Below, one piece after another: positions 15,290-29,979 of a stretch of DNA of 64,000 bases. The notes below the pieces were generated by a model that saw nothing but the letters and a program-made list of their open reading frames with translations, ran no database searches and had not been told where the DNA came from. The number at the start of each line of letters is the position of its first letter. Within the stretch, counting starts at the first letter, position 1. The stretch comes from Psilocybe cubensis (taxonomy: Eukaryota). The DNA is taken from the NCBI GenBank assembly GCA_017499595.2, contig CM039001.1, positions 3,782,001 through 3,846,000 of the forward strand. Direction: 5' to 3'. The translations under genes and the position numbers were made by a program.

Positions 15290-16697
15290 TTGAGCAATGA
15301 GTTGGTGTTAGTGAAGATTGAAGTGGTTTTGAGTGTATAAGCTGAAATTAACCCTTATATACATCCAAGTTCGCGTATAATTAGCTTTGCATTTTCTTCC
15401 AACCGTCTGGCAGATTTACTGGAGACCTGGTCAGGAGCTTTTGGGCCCAGATCGCACTAAACGTAGGACTTCCATTCCATCATTGTTTTGCTAGCCACCT
15501 ATTCAAAATGTAAACAGGAGAATTTTGCCTCAATCAACCAGTTTGATGGACGGTGGACGATTGATGTCACACGCGTTTATTAGAATAATCATAGAATATG
15601 TATACGCCGATTCCAGAAAAACCTCTGTTATAAATTCCGACTTGATCTGGTTGTAAAGAATGATTTACTGTGGTGCGAAAAACACAGGAGTGCATCTTGT
15701 AATGTAACAAAGGCACAGCCAAGTAAAAATTGCTATCGAGATAGTTATTATGTACAACCGATAAGGGGCATGGATTCGTGAGTTTTAGCCTACCATCTGC
15801 GATCACAGAAAGCGATATAATGGCTGTTGACTAGCATTGACATTGCTTCGCCACAGGTAATGATCTTTTCTAAGTGCACTACTAAGGGGAATCCTATGGG
15901 TGAGGAGGTGGCTCAGGTGGCGCACGAGCAGATGCCGCTATTTAAGGCTATTTCCCTAGGCAGATGGATACTATATTGATAGTACTTTCGAAGCTTACTG
16001 CTCACAGTGTATTTACAAGCCACTTGCCTGGAATGCGATGCTAACTAGCATAGTATGGATTACTCGTAACCTCAATTAGTGCGCACATGAACACCACGAA
16101 AATGCTGCTGGTTCATTAACATTTGATTTTACATCATTCTATCACATAACTTTTCTAACAGCCAGCTACAAAGTACGTTATTCGCTAGCCGCCACCACCG
16201 TGGACCCCGACCAAGTAAATTGGCCGATTAAACTTTTCGTCAATAGATACACAACTCCTCCCCTACTACTGGGATGTTATCGCACGCGACTAATAGAGAC
16301 ACAGGCAATTGAATTCAACACATCGTCAGCAAGCTGATTGAATGTAAAAAGGGAAACACCGACGTTCTCCGCGTTTTTCGACAGCTCTAAGCAATGGCAG
16401 ATATCTGAAGATATCTATTCCTCCTGGATGAACTTACATCCAGCCCACATGACACTATCGATGATAGTCACACGTTAACCAGCCTTGTATTAAAAGTGGA
16501 TCACAAATACTCTCTCTCTTCTCTGCGGTGAGTCAGTTAGTCTACCTATGATCCGTCACAAACGCATCTCCTGGCCTACATTAAGGAAATAAATGCTAAA
16601 GGTGCAGATAAGCTGTATGTCAATGGGGTGTACCCTTCCAACAGTTCTCCCCATTTTGGGGCGTGTTTTTTTAATTGAAGGTTTATTCGGTCTTCAC

Positions 16698-17150
16698 TAA
16701 GGCTCCAACCGTTTAGTTTCCGTTTAAATTTTTTTACAAACTAAACGGAAACGGTAATAAACAGTTTACAAACGTTTATAAACGTTTGTAAACAGTAAGC
16801 TCGAGGGTGGCTACAAGGGCAGGCGTTCAACAGCGTTCAACGCATCACTTGTCCTAATGCGGCCCATTTGCCAAGGAATATAATAGTCGGCACCTAATTG
16901 GTACAAAAATGGGACCAAAACAAGAGTGCAAATGAGTTAGTTTGGTGTAAAGAATAAAAGATGAATCATTTGATGTAATACGCACCTAATATTGTCCAAA
17001 AAAGAGATATACTTTAGCACAAAAATCTGTTACCGTTTGAACCGTTTATAAACGTTTGTAAACTGTTTAACAAGGCTCGTAAACTAAACGAAACGGTAAA
17101 TGGTATATACGGTTTACAAATGATAAACAAATGAAACGGTTGGAGCCTTA
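16698..17150. mobile_element. hAT-type MITE (453 bp)
   Basis: TIR TAAGGCTCCAACCGTTT...AAACGGTTGGAGCCTTA; perfect 8-bp TSD GTCTTCAC (16690-16697 and 17151-17158); subterminal AAACGG/AAACGT repeats; no ORF. Confidence 0.92.
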
Positions 17151-18426
17151 GTCTTCACGGATGATGTCCATGAAGATCTGAATATTCACATTCTTGGCCC
17201 GAGTATAATTAGGGGCTCTGCCGAACAGACGCGCATATCACGTGATGGATGACTCCAAATTTTACCTCTCCAACCTTGGATCTCGTTTCTCGTTCCCCTC
17301 GAAGAGATTTGATTTTGTATTCTCTTTTTCTCTCGTGTACAGGAATCTCTCCTCACATCTGTAAAATCTGATCTACCCTGTTCGTACAAGGCAGGCAATA
17401 TCAACCGGCACCGCAGATCAACTTTTCATAGGCATACGCAAGATTTATGCCTCATTGGTTCATTCCGAGAGTCTCAAAACTTTATACCCGCAGCACCTAC
17501 GTGAGGCAATACTCCGTTGATATGAAAAACTGAGGATATTCGAAGGCTTATCGTAACGATTATTGCCTCTGGAAACATGTTCATGGTAGAACTTTTCAGT
17601 GCTTCGGCTTGGTACCATATTCCAGGGAATCACCAGCAGTGGGTACCTACAGGTTTGACGATTATCTACGCCTTTTGGAAAGATTTTTATCTGTATCAAA
17701 ATTGAACGGGCACACCATGGCCGGTCTACCTACCACATACACAAGGACTCCTTGCGATAACATCTGAAGGTTCTGAAGGCTTCGGTATGACCAAATGGTC
17801 GCGGATAAGTTGGAAAAACGTCATGAAGGCGCACAAAGAACCCTCCTCGTGTCCGGCGTCTTTGGGTGCTTTACTCACCCATTGCAGGCGCATCACAACT
17901 TGTAGCCGCTTGACCCGCACGCGCCATTACTTGGGGCCGCACCTCGAGGCTGTGGACACACTGAGGAGTGTTTTTTTGGAGTAAAGATCATTTTTGACTC
18001 GGATTCGGGCCAGATTTTTGCATCATGTATATCGAATTGCCGCCGTATCTATTTAATGGAGGAGTGCAACACGTAAATGAGTCGGAATAGTGCCGATCTT
18101 TTCTGTATGTGTGGATCTTTCACCCCGGCAGATATTGTTATCTCTTTGCTTTGCCTGACATCCTTTGTCTTTCACTTATATCTTTCTTTGTTGTCACATA
18201 AAACACATCACATCTAGTTTTGATGCGCCTTTGTTGCAGTAAGTAATCAGGTTCCTTGATGACTAGACACTTGAAAGAGGGCTTTGTTCTCTTCGGTATC
18301 TTATAGACGTTCAAGGTTGCTTATAATAACAACCGTCCAAAGGGATCATACATATCATTGGGATAGGGGTATCAAAATCCACGCGTTACGAATTGTCAAA
18401 TTGTGTTTGAGGTTTAAAGGACGTTC

Positions 18427-21400
18427 ATGAATCTTTCACCGCCACCACCACCACCACCATTTTCGTCGCAGCCACAGCGAGAGCAGCAGCAAAATGCTGC
18501 CGGGTATCCGCCCTTTAAACGCAATGGACAGGATGCTCAGCACCACCAGTGGGCACAGGCGGGGCCGGGTCCGTCGAGCGTGAGTACTTGCACCACTAAA
18601 TTTGATCTCGCGGTAAAACTGACTGGAGGAATGATAGATTCCGTCATCAGAGCATAATCAAGACAGCGAGCAGAAACGTACTGGACCGTTGCCACGCCTT
18701 GGACCGAGTTTTACTCAAGAATCGAGGTTGCAGCAGCAGCAGCAGCAGCAACATACGCCATCTTATGGTCACCACCAGGTGCGCAGACAATCTTGACGCG
18801 TACTTACAATCTGGTGACTTTTTTGTCTAGGTACCGTTAAATTTTCGATACGATAGGGATGGCAGTGGTTCATTGCACCATGGCAATCATTCTCAGACCC
18901 ATGACTCACATTGCTATCCTCAACCCGAACCATGTATGATGCCATTCATGCACCCGTCTGCCACCCAACATGGTCCTGGGATCTGGAGACCGCTTGAACA
19001 GGAGCTTCAGCTTCAGCAGGGCAAGATAAGCACGTCGAGTGCAAGGGAGGTCGATCATCGGATACCGTCTCAGAGTATGCCCCCGCCCCCACCTCCGCAC
19101 CGCCCAAGCAACCCAGTTAGGAACTCACTACTGTCGATTGCCGTGCCAGGGCCTCGGACACAACCCCAGCAACAAGACGAAACCCAGAATCAACATCAAC
19201 CCGGGCTATCGCTATCAATCCCGCCCCATCAGCAGCGCATGCTTGCACACGCTTTTCAGCAGTTACAATCTACATTTCCTGCGCAGTCTCTGCCCCAGTT
19301 TCACCCGCCGAGCGGCGTTCCTAATCAAGGTAATATTTCTCCAGTGTTTGTACCAGCGACCATGTACTTACCAACTTTTATTCCAGGACCGCCTTCTAGC
19401 TCTAGCCAAATCCCCCCTCCGTCTACCCCTGCCGATCCTCTCTACATCACAATTGCTGCCTTGCTGAAATCGCTTCATAACGGTTTACAGAGCGTCTTGA
19501 ACGAAACCTCTAGTCATATGGTTCAAGCGATGGTCAAAATGCACGACGACTATGTGAAGCTGGCTAGCAAAGAACGTCAGAAAGCGAGGGATTTGGAGAA
19601 TGTGTTGGCTGCGGAAAGGGGCGCATGGGAGAGGTCGAGAATAGATATGCAGTTGGAGATGGATAAGCTAAGGATGAGGGAAGAACGGTTGAGGAGTGAC
19701 TCGGTGGCACATCACGCTGTCGTTCGTGATGGGATTCAGAAGCATCATGCTGCGCAAGATGAGGCGGGGATGCTAAGGAGGGAAAATGAAGAGTTGAAAT
19801 CGAGGCTGGCGAAATTGGGCAAGATTGTGGAAACAATTTGTTACGAGGACAGCTCTGTTGGCAAAGACGTCGCGACTCGAAATCAAGGGCCAACAGAAGA
19901 TGAGGTAGGTCTTCTTTCTATCTTTTTTTATACGTTGACGTCTTTCTTGGCGCCCATTTACCTGCCTTTGTTTTCTTTTTTTGGTGTTTGTTCTTTTGTC
20001 GTCCTGTTATTTTAGTTTTAATTGGTGGCTGACCTCCCCTTTATCTCTCTTTTGCATCTTAGAAATTTGCAGTGGCCTCAGTATCAACGTCCAATCCATC
20101 GACATCATCGTATTCACAGACTAATGGCTACACCAATACTTCCAACCAAAGTGACATTGAAATTCCACCTCCCTCAACATCGTCATCATCAACATACACC
20201 ACCCCTCCCAACAGCCGCAGCGTGTCTTCGACACCGGTACCCGCTTCCGCACCCGCTTCCGCACCCGCAATCCCACATTCTGCCCCACAACTTGCGGCAC
20301 ACCCACAACCACACACTCATCGTCGTCATTCAGCTCCAGTGCCCATTCCTGCACCGGAATCCACGCAAACGATAGCACAGCTTCGACCACAGTCTGATTC
20401 GAGAAGGAGCTATGCAAACTCAATTATGGCGTCGCCTGAATCGAGATCTGTAAGTCCTGCGTTCGTGCATAGGCAAGTTGACGAAGAAGCTAGTGCGGGA
20501 GGGAGTCGTGTGGAAGCCAACATCAGAAATCTCAATATCAGCAAACGCGTCTCTACATCTGTTGCTTCTGAGGTGGAGGTAATTGATTTGTGCAGCAGTC
20601 CGATGTCGATGGCTGTTGATTTGCGCGATGGCGAAGAGGCAGAGGATGTAGAGCATCCCGACGGACAGGGGCGTGTCATGGACGAAGCGCCATCGAGGAG
20701 TCGGTCACCCAGCCCTCCTGAACTGCCCCGTACTGCAGAGGACGAAGCTTCAATTGGAGACCACAATCAAATGGACATAGAGATAGGGGACGACCGCACA
20801 CAACACTCGGAAATGGAAGTAAATGTCAAGCTTGAATCGGAGGTGGAGGTCAAACTTGAACACGACGACGTTCAGATTGATGCGAGCGTTAGCCAGAATG
20901 AGAACACCTCCAGGCGTGGGTACGATAATCATGTATCCTACCATTTCAACGCCCCTACGTACCCTCGAAACCCTAATCGTAGATCTTCACCCTTCCTTCC
21001 ACCTCTGCTTTCTCTACCAACTCCTGCTGCTGGCTCAGTTCCATCTCCATCTCCATCGTCATCCCGTTCTCCTTCCCCAGCACCGGCGTCAACTTTGATG
21101 ACCCGGCCTCGAGATTCCTTGCCGACTGCGAATCCCACTCCGCCTCCTACGCCTACTCTTACACCTTCAATGTCACCTTTCTCGTCGCGGAAAAGGTCTC
21201 GGGCGGACTATGAGCACGGCGAATGTCACGAGGAGAGTCAGGGCCCTTCCACACGCGTCAAAGTTGAGCGCATTGAGGGTGAAGAGATGATGATGGCTGT
21301 CGATGACAGACCAACAATGGCTAACATTGTGACGTCTTCATTAACAAATGCCCCCTCCGCCACTTTGCAGACATCCCAGGCTACCACCGACAACCTCGAT

Positions 21401-23555
21401 GCGCCAAGCTCTGGCTCCACGTCGTCACCTCAAGCTTGTCCAGCTATAGAATCTTCGTCCAAGTTGTCTACTTCACGGGTCTCCACTGGTTCTGTTCACA
21501 GCTTAAATGATGGCCCTTCTTCCCTCGACGTGCAATCTCCACCTACTCAACATGGTAATTCTTCCAACAACAACCCTGTAGCTTCCCGACCGCTATCCGC
21601 CTCTTCCAATACAACTTCAGGCTCAGGACAAACCCAAGCATCTTCTTCGGCTAATGTATTCCCTAGTCCTCCCCGCGAAACACCTGTACCCCCAACTGCA
21701 TCAATTTCAGCACTGAAACTGCGATGCAAGGAAGAAGGTGAAATCACGCCTACAACGACGCCGACAGCAACGCCTACCCCTGCACCTTTGTTGATTTCCC
21801 AGCCTATTCATATATCACCGTCGAAGGAAGAGGGCGAGGTGTCACCTACGCCTAGCCCGGCACCTGCACCTACACCCGCCACACCTGCAACTGTACCCCC
21901 AAGAATGGTTAAAGATCGACGAGTGACAAGCGCTTCTTCCGCTGTTCCCATTCCTGTTGCTTTTGCCAGTCCTAGGAGACACACAATACCGGCGTCCGTA
22001 CACTCCAGTGCGAATATGGGTGGCATGGACGAGGCTTGGGATGTCAGACCTGCGCACACCCCTGTCTTATTGAATGCTTTGTCTAGCAGAGGAGCTACTG
22101 TACATGGCGATGCGCAAAAGGGTAAAGAGGGTGTTGTAATTGAGTCTGTTCCAACCAAAAGTCAGCCAAGTATTTCTAATGGCACCGACATACAGAATGG
22201 TCGAGAAAGCTCTACAGCAGCTTCAGTGGCAACAAGTCGACCGATTGCCGCTCTGACACCGGGGCTTATTCCTGTGGGGACAAATGTCGGAGAGGAGAGG
22301 GAGGTTACAAACGCATCAAGCCATCAGAACATATCCGTTCAATCGCAGACTCCTCAGGCCCGCGCAGAGAATTCGCAAATGATACTGGCACCGTCCTCGT
22401 CGAAGTCGGCCGCTGCAGATGCTCGAAATCATCACAATGCGCTTGCCACTACAGACGCCAACAAAAAAGTCGACCCCAAAGCGGCAGCTGTCGCCATCGG
22501 GGTTGCGATCGCCGACGCTATCAGACATCCGGACGCGAAGCCTAATCCTGTCTTAAATACCATCTTGAATGCGCTCCCTTTGAGGCCACCAGTTGCAGTC
22601 TCGAATTCACAGACCGTTCACGTAACCCCTTCAACGCGATCGAACACGGATTCGACACCGGCTGGCACTGCTGTTCCTATAAGACCGCCACCCCTTCCAA
22701 CACAATCGAAGCAATTCCAACCGTCGCCTCAGGCGTCGTCGGCACCGCCACACCCTGCGCCATCAGCGAGGAATTCTGCACCTAATCCTAGAACTACAGC
22801 ATGTCCACCCCTTGTGCCGAATTCGACTTCTCATGCTAGACCGGGTCAGAAAGCCCCATCTTCGGCCGCTTTTCACACCATGTTCCGCTCCAAACCTCAC
22901 CCTCAGCCAACTCGTCCAACGGCGAATCTGCATCCGAACGCGAACTTGCCTCCGAGGCCTCAAATGCAGTCACAGCCAAACAGAAGTCAAGTCCAGAATA
23001 TGCATCCTCCTCCTCCTCCGAAGGCCGATGCACGAACTGGTAATCCTTCTCAAGTTGATGGGCACAGTCATAATCGTCAGCACCCACAGCAACGTGTTCA
23101 GTCACAACCTCATCTGAATACTCAGTCTCAGCCTCAGCAGCAGAATAATTCTCAACGCCCGCCACAACAACATAAAATGGGCATCAATCATATGGAGCTG
23201 TTGTACAATCGCACGGATAAGTGTTGGACTTGTCGGATATGTTTGTGAGTATCTCTTCTGGCTTGGTTGACGATGTCCGACCCTGATCCCATTGTGTATT
23301 TGCTGTTTTTCTAGGGCTGGAAGGCAGAAAGAATTGACCTCACCTTCTGATTCGTCATCAACGCCCAAGCCAGTTGTCAAGTTCAGCATAGATGCGCCTT
23401 GGGCAGAGTTGGTTGGACATTGTTACAATGAACACCCGGTTGAATCTCAAAAGTTAGAAAGGCTGACGCCTGCACAGGTTGCGGAAATGAAGCAAAGAAT
23501 GCATCTTCCACAGTCTAACCCGGGTCCCAGCCACAAAGGAAATGGGGCGCGTTGA
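18427..23555 (+). CDS. Very large Pro/Gln/Ser-rich disordered protein with coiled coil and C-terminal split CxxC...HxxxxH Zn-finger-like domain
   Basis: ORFs at 18427, 18873, 20072 and 23292 are linked by GT-AG introns; C-terminus HMELLY...CWTCRIC|...APWAELVGHCYNEHP. Confidence 0.75.
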
Positions 23556-24259
23556 TTTTTCCTCCAAATCTCTATCCACATCCTCTTCTATTCTAATTTG
23601 TTTTGCGTTTTCTGTTGACTTTCATTTTTTGTGTGACCTTGTTTTACTAGAGCTTCCCTCTTTGCCAGTTTTTAATCACTTCCCTAATTTTCTTTTCCTA
23701 CTTCGTACTGTACTATCATTATGATATGTATTCGCATCACAACCATTCTTCAATCCTGTCAATCCTTTGCCGTTACCTGCTCTTTTCATTAATTTTACCG
23801 TCGATTCATCACTTCTGCTTGATGTACGTCTGACTTGCCTAATCAACTATCAAAAAGCATCCCGCTGATTTGTGTCAGTATTAATCGATGTAGGTCAGTC
23901 GATCGAGTTGTTACCCAACGTCTATCTAAAGATGACTGACAAGTCGAAGCAGTGCACCTTCACACCCAACCTCGATTATAAAATGGTTTCCCCAATCATC
24001 CAACAAGTCAAGCGGAAACTCATCCGTTAATTTATCGGGTCGTCTTCCAGACTGTCCCGTGCGCGTGAAAATTTTGACTAAGAGGTGCTATTTTTCGTTC
24101 GGCCTACATCAATTTCAAGACGTCAAAGAAGTCGAAGGCATAAATTTATATTCGACTCGTTAATTGTAAGCCTGCTTTGCTACGCTATAAAAGGGAGGCG
24201 AGCACAGTCGGCAGCAGGTGTGATCGCACATCATATTAACCTGCCCGTGTGGATTTGCC

Positions 24260-25428
24260 ATGACCTTTTGCGATAATTGCTTCAAAGGTTCGTTGGTTTG
24301 TGTTTGTGGATGTTGTTTAACTTGCCCAATCGTGACATTGTGTTATCGTAGGTGTTACCCACGAGGGAACCCCTACAGGTGGGTTTTTCGATATCAGACA
24401 GGTGTTTGGTGAAAGACAGCGTTGCTTGTGCTTATTCTCACACGTGCAGGGAAATGGGAGAAAATCGGTGGAGTAGATGTATATGTCGCAACTCCCAGCA
24501 AAGAATACGACAAGACAAAGGCCATCCTTTTCTTGTCAGATGTCTTTGGCCCACAGTTTATCAACAATCAGGTGAGCTTATGGTGATTCCTATTAGTGAG
24601 AACTTCAAGCTCAAAGATATGATTTGAAACGTCAGCTGCTTGCTGACGACTTTGCAGCGAACGGGTTCCGTGTACGTACTCACCCTTATTCCTGCTATGT
24701 GATTATACATGCATCCCTGACAAATATTGTGAAATAGACATTTATCCCAGACTACTTCAACGGTGATCCTATTCCCGCCGACGCCGTCGTTGACGGCGCA
24801 CTCAAATTCGACATCGCGAGCTGGCGCCTAAACCACGGACCGGACAAGACGCGACCTCCACTAGACAAGGTCATCAGTGCGCTGAAGGAGCAGCACGGTG
24901 TGACAACATTTGGGGCGACTGGGTTCTGCTTTGGCGGTATGCACCCCTTGCCGCTGCACATCTGATTCTAATGAATCAAGTCGTTGAATTTTATGTGATC
25001 TATAGGACGTTATGTGTTTGATCTCGCGTTTGAGAACATTATCAAGGTTGCTGTTGTATCACACCCATCGATGCTGCAGATACCCGCAGATCTAGAGGTA
25101 CGGACTAGTAATTAATTCTAATCTTCTATACATCTTGTTAATATGTAATTCTGACTTTCCTCATTCCTGCCAGAAATATGCCACCGTCGCAACCGCACCC
25201 CTCCTCATCAACTCGTGCGAAACAGACGCTGCATTCCCTCAGGAAGCCTGCGCGCAAGCTGACGCGCTCCTTGCAGAGGCAAAGTTCGCGCCGGGGTACA
25301 AGAGGGAGCACTTCCCCGGCTGTGCACATGGGTTTGCGGTGAGAGGGGACATGACAGATGAAAGGGTCCGTGCGGGGAAAGAGGGAGCGTTCCGTGCGTC
25401 GGTAGTGTGGTTTGCAGAGCGTTTGTGA
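24260..25428 (+). CDS. Dienelactone hydrolase family alpha/beta hydrolase (AIM2-like)
   Basis: MTFCDNCFKG|VTHEGTPT|GK...SDVFG...LLADDFAANG...GFCFGG (nucleophile motif)...HGFAVRGD; multiple short introns. Confidence 0.92.
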
Positions 25429-25996
25429 TGTTAAAGCGGATGTGTTGGATTTTTTGTGCTGAGTTGCTGAATGGGTCTGGGCATTATAGGGGAAGATATG
25501 ACTATATCGTCTATCGCGCGTGAATCGCTGTATGGTCAGAACATAACCAGCACAATGTACCACATGGAACTACCGTTCAACCTCACTTCCATTCAGAGGA
25601 AGATATAATTACAAAAATTACCTTATAGAGCTGGACCTCACTCAATGGGGTCGACCGTCTTGACGTTCTGAGAGACTATCCCTCATTTTTTTTGTTTTCT
25701 GTCATTTCCTCTGAGGGAAGAGATGCTCCTTTGGAATTTTACTAGCTATCTACCCAATAATTACCCCAATTGATAAGGGTGTACTGGGAGTTTCTTGAGC
25801 AGTGATTTTCCATGACTTTCGTTACATGTAAATTTCATCGCATATATAAGTAGGTATTGAATTGTAAAAAGACGTTTATTACTCCTTTATCAAATGTACA
25901 CCAGATTATCAAAGTCATATTTTCCTGTTCTAATCATTGTATACAGATAAGTGTACATGTAAACAGAGGGAAGAAAGAAAACACACATGTCTTTTA

Positions 25997-26208
25997 TCAG
26001 GGGTCCGTGCATACGATACCCTCTGGAGTATGCTCGCAATGCTCACTGAATCATCGGAAACGCAACAATTTGGGGTGTCCAATGTCAGTGCGCGAACGAT
26101 ATGAAGATTTTAGATGCCCTACGGTGGAAGGATTGGTGTCCCAAGTGCGGTCGTAGTAGCGAGAGCGACGAGAGTCAAGGCGAGCAAGGTCTTGATGTAG
26201 TAAAGCAT
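25997..26208 (-). CDS. Secreted 2-Cys micro-peptide precursor, copy A (44 aa): MLYYIKTLLALTLVALATTTALGTPILPP|EHCEHTPEGIVCTDP
   Basis: Exons 26208-26123 and 26045-25997; 77-nt phase-2 GT-AG intron with CTGAC branch site; TATAAAA upstream; paralogous to copies B-F. Confidence 0.85.
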
Positions 26209-28036
26209 GTTGGATCCTGATGTACACGATGTGTATTGTAAATGTGGTTGTGCTGTGAAACTGGCTAGCTTCGCGGCCGCTATTCTGAGTGCTTGTTGAT
26301 TCGACTAGCATGATTTTATACTCCCAGCTGCACCCATATTTTTGGAAATTTGTTGATAAAAATCTACCCTGATGTAGCTCTTATTCAGGCTCAGATAAGA
26401 AGTTGTTAATATACAACCCGTCAAGTGGTTCACCCCTGAGTAAGTTGGGGCTAAATTTGTACATGGATTGGCCAAATGCGGAAATGTGGCGCCAGGATCA
26501 CTACTTTTAAGGTAAATCATCATCCATCGTCCTATTATTGAGGCTCGGTTGGTGGCAGTCCCACTTGGATACGTTTGATATGATGATACGGGAGAAAATT
26601 TAAATGGAAGCCCAACACAATAGTTTGTACATGTTCACTTTTTGGGCAAGACTTGGAAAAACTTTGGAGAAACACTGGGGAAACAAATTAGTTTACTTGA
26701 TGCCAGTAGTTAGAATAGTAATAACAAGGTTAAACAACTCGAAATGAACTAGATTTTGGATATCTTACACATGTACCTTGCGGTATCTGGATAGAAGGAA
26801 ACACTTCAGTGCATCATCTCAACCAAAAGCAATGACGGAAAGAACTTGTGTAAAAAAAGAGAAAGATGAAAGGCTAGGTTACCAAGGGTATCATGATCAA
26901 TAGATATGGAGTTATATCGTATGCTTCAAAACAACCAAAATAGCCCGCCTTGATTTAGATAACTCGAATGCGATTGTTAAGTACACACTTATATGTATGC
27001 AGCAAATTGCAGCGTTATAAGAGCCTCCTGACTCCTGGTTTAAAACAGAGTTTTGTCTCACGCGCAGCAAGTGAGCCAAACATCGGTTGACGGGTTTCAG
27101 AAAATCAATAACTTGTGAATACTTGTGAATATCATTCAGACAAATTGTAACGACGGCATCCAAATAGTAATAGAGTATGCCGAGGGGATCCGGCATGTGT
27201 CACATTGTGAGTAATTGAAGCTCCGACGCATGCCGAGCAGAGGAGTTGGTCACAAGTATCTTGTGACATGCACTGTGCCGCAATGCCTTTCTCTTTGCCA
27301 GGGTGATAGGCAACTACCAACTACAGGAACAAGAACGCAATTCAGCAAAATTTATATTTTTTTGCACTTTGACTCCCATTCAAATTTATTAACGAGTATA
27401 GATGAAACTGAATTCAACGGTACATACCAAGTAACTGTTTATAAAATGTCCAAAGGTATACAATACTACGATGTCAAATGTGAGAAATGTTGTCAGAGTC
27501 GTCTTTGGTTTTAGGCACTGCCAATTGAAAGGAGCAATAGTCCAATTTTTCAAGGAGCATGATTCTATTTTCCAGCCAGGTTAAAGAGACCATAAGTTGA
27601 TGTGTGATGTGCAGCACTTGTATTAAAGATATCTGGATGTCCTGTGTTAAAATTAGACGCCCAGTATTGCTACTGTTGCATCAATATTCACACCGTCAAA
27701 GTCTACAAATCAGTAGCTGCCAGCAATAATGGACCAGCCACCTGGGAGGTCCTGGTCCTGACTTTGTTACTTTCTCTTCCATGATATTACAAAACATGAC
27801 GTCCATCTCATCATTCCGGAAACAACCAAACCACTGAAGGCAGAAATTCCAAAATTTAGTTTGCTTAAACTAGGATGTGAAACTGTTTATTTGTCCAAAG
27901 GTACGTTTCACTCCGTTATCAAATGTGAGCCAAATCATCGGACCAGTCTTCGGCTCTAAACACACTATTCAACTATATAGACAGCGCCAATGGTTCATAT
28001 AAATTTTACCACAGGGGAAGGAGCAACACTTGCCGT

Positions 28037-28276
28037 TTAAAATGCGCTAGGTGGACCGCACATATCTATGTTAGGGGAGCAGTTGACGGGTGGTTTCCTA
28101 ATAATCCGGAACGGATAGAGCAATACAGGATTGTTCATTCAACGTCAGTCCCGATTAATATGAAGAGTTTAGGTGAGGTACTTTGGTGATATGTCAGACG
28201 TTGGTGCAGCAAGTGCAGTCGTAGCAAGCGCAATTAAAGTCAGAGCGAGCAATGTCTTGACGTAGTTGTAAACCAT
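28037..28276 (-). CDS. Secreted 2-Cys micro-peptide precursor, copy B (51 aa): MVYNYVKTLLALTLIALATTALAAPTSDISPK|KPPVNCSPNIDMCGPPSAF
   Basis: Exons 28276-28182 and 28097-28037; 84-nt phase-2 intron; TATAAAA upstream. Confidence 0.85.
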
Positions 28277-29979
28277 GTTGAAGCGTGTTGATACGATGTG
28301 TGGATGGTGGTAATTGGCTTGGGGGCAGATATCCTGAAGTCCTGATCAGCTAACTATGATAGCTTTTATACTGTCAGCTGCGCTTTTGAATCGCGTAATC
28401 CTTATATCCAACCCTAGTCGGTCTGGTTCTTTTCAAAGTGCAGATGAGATGTTATTGATAAACAATTTGTCAAGTGATCCTGTCCGACAGGTTGGGATGC
28501 TATGCCTGTGCACACTGTGACTAAATACGGAAATGCTGGTTTGATTAATACTTCCTGAAATGACTCAGAGGGAAGATGGAAATGGTAAATAGACGCCCCA
28601 AAATAGTTCGTGAACGTCAACAAGTTGACGGGTGGGAACCGGGCGAACTTTTAAAACAAGTTGGTAAACAAGTTTTATTTTTCTTTTCTCTTTGAAGTCA
28701 GTTGAAAAGATCAGTAGTTTACGCTATGGACATTTTGTGCAGTGTGCACCATAATGTAGACCTAAAGATTTTGTGTGAAAACAAACAGGAAGATATTAAG
28801 GCTTAAATTACCGATACCATGATCGACAGACGTCAAAAACATCAGCGCAGCGTCGGGTAGAAAAAACCGGAGAGCGACAGTTTGATCTACCCAATTAAAG
28901 TCATGTATTCCCCTGAGCGAAAAGACACGAGGGTAAATGTTTGGATTCTTTGAAATGAAAGTCCTCTTTACAGTGGAAGTATACACAACTCTACACGGTC
29001 TGGTCCCCTTCAGGCTTCGAGACTGAAGTACTCACTAGTGGAAGTGAAATGATATTGACAATCAACCCATCAAGTGATCCAGAGCGTGCTAACACTCTAC
29101 CACAAGGGAAAAGAAATTAGACGCCCAAAAATACATATGCACTCGATCTGGAAGATCAAAATCACTAGACCAGAACCAGAACCAGAACCAGCAAAATAGA
29201 ATAAAAAAGGACACAAACTGAAATCGTAAAGCTCAAGTGTAAAAGTAAGAAAACATAACAAAATCAAAAAAAAAAAAATCAAAGCAGAAAGATAAAAAAC
29301 CAATAACGATAATAGTATAAATGTCATACTTCACCACCACCACTCTCACACCTCACCCACATCCCACATCTCATCGCTTACCCACTCCGTCCATATTTGC
29401 ATCCCCATCCACCTCTTCATTCCCTCTCCGAGCCACCCTCGCATACGCGCGCTGCCACCATCAATCACACTTAATGTATGAGGTCCATAAAGTCGTAGCG
29501 TAGTCGTTATCCATATCCAAATTCATAAATTTTGATTGTAAGTTTCTTTCAGCTCCAAGGCTGGCGAGATCGCACAACGCACACCACACGCAAGTTGGTC
29601 TTAGCACCGACGCCTAGGAGACTGAGGAGGGACAATGAGGAGGAGTGAGGGATGAGGGCCAACAAGCAATTTGGAATGTAAAAGGAATAGGTGTGCGCAT
29701 GGATCGTATCATTCGAGTGGTCGTTCTTTTTCTTCGCGGACTTCGTGGATGGGGTGGGATCATGGGTGAACAAACGGGACGAATAGATGGATGGGATAGA
29801 TCACGACAGCGATCCCCGCGACCCACTACCAGCGCCATTACTCCCCAGCAACGATTCCAGCTGAATTCCCCAAAATACACCGAGATAACGCAACACAATG
29901 CAGGGATTATAAATAGACACATCAGCCATCCATTCATGCATTCAAGCAGCACAACAAGCGGTATTGCGCAAACGCACCT

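Noticed and set aside
16190..16480. Possible exon relics on the minus strand
   Set aside because: Splice-like signals are present but no coherent protein could be assembled.
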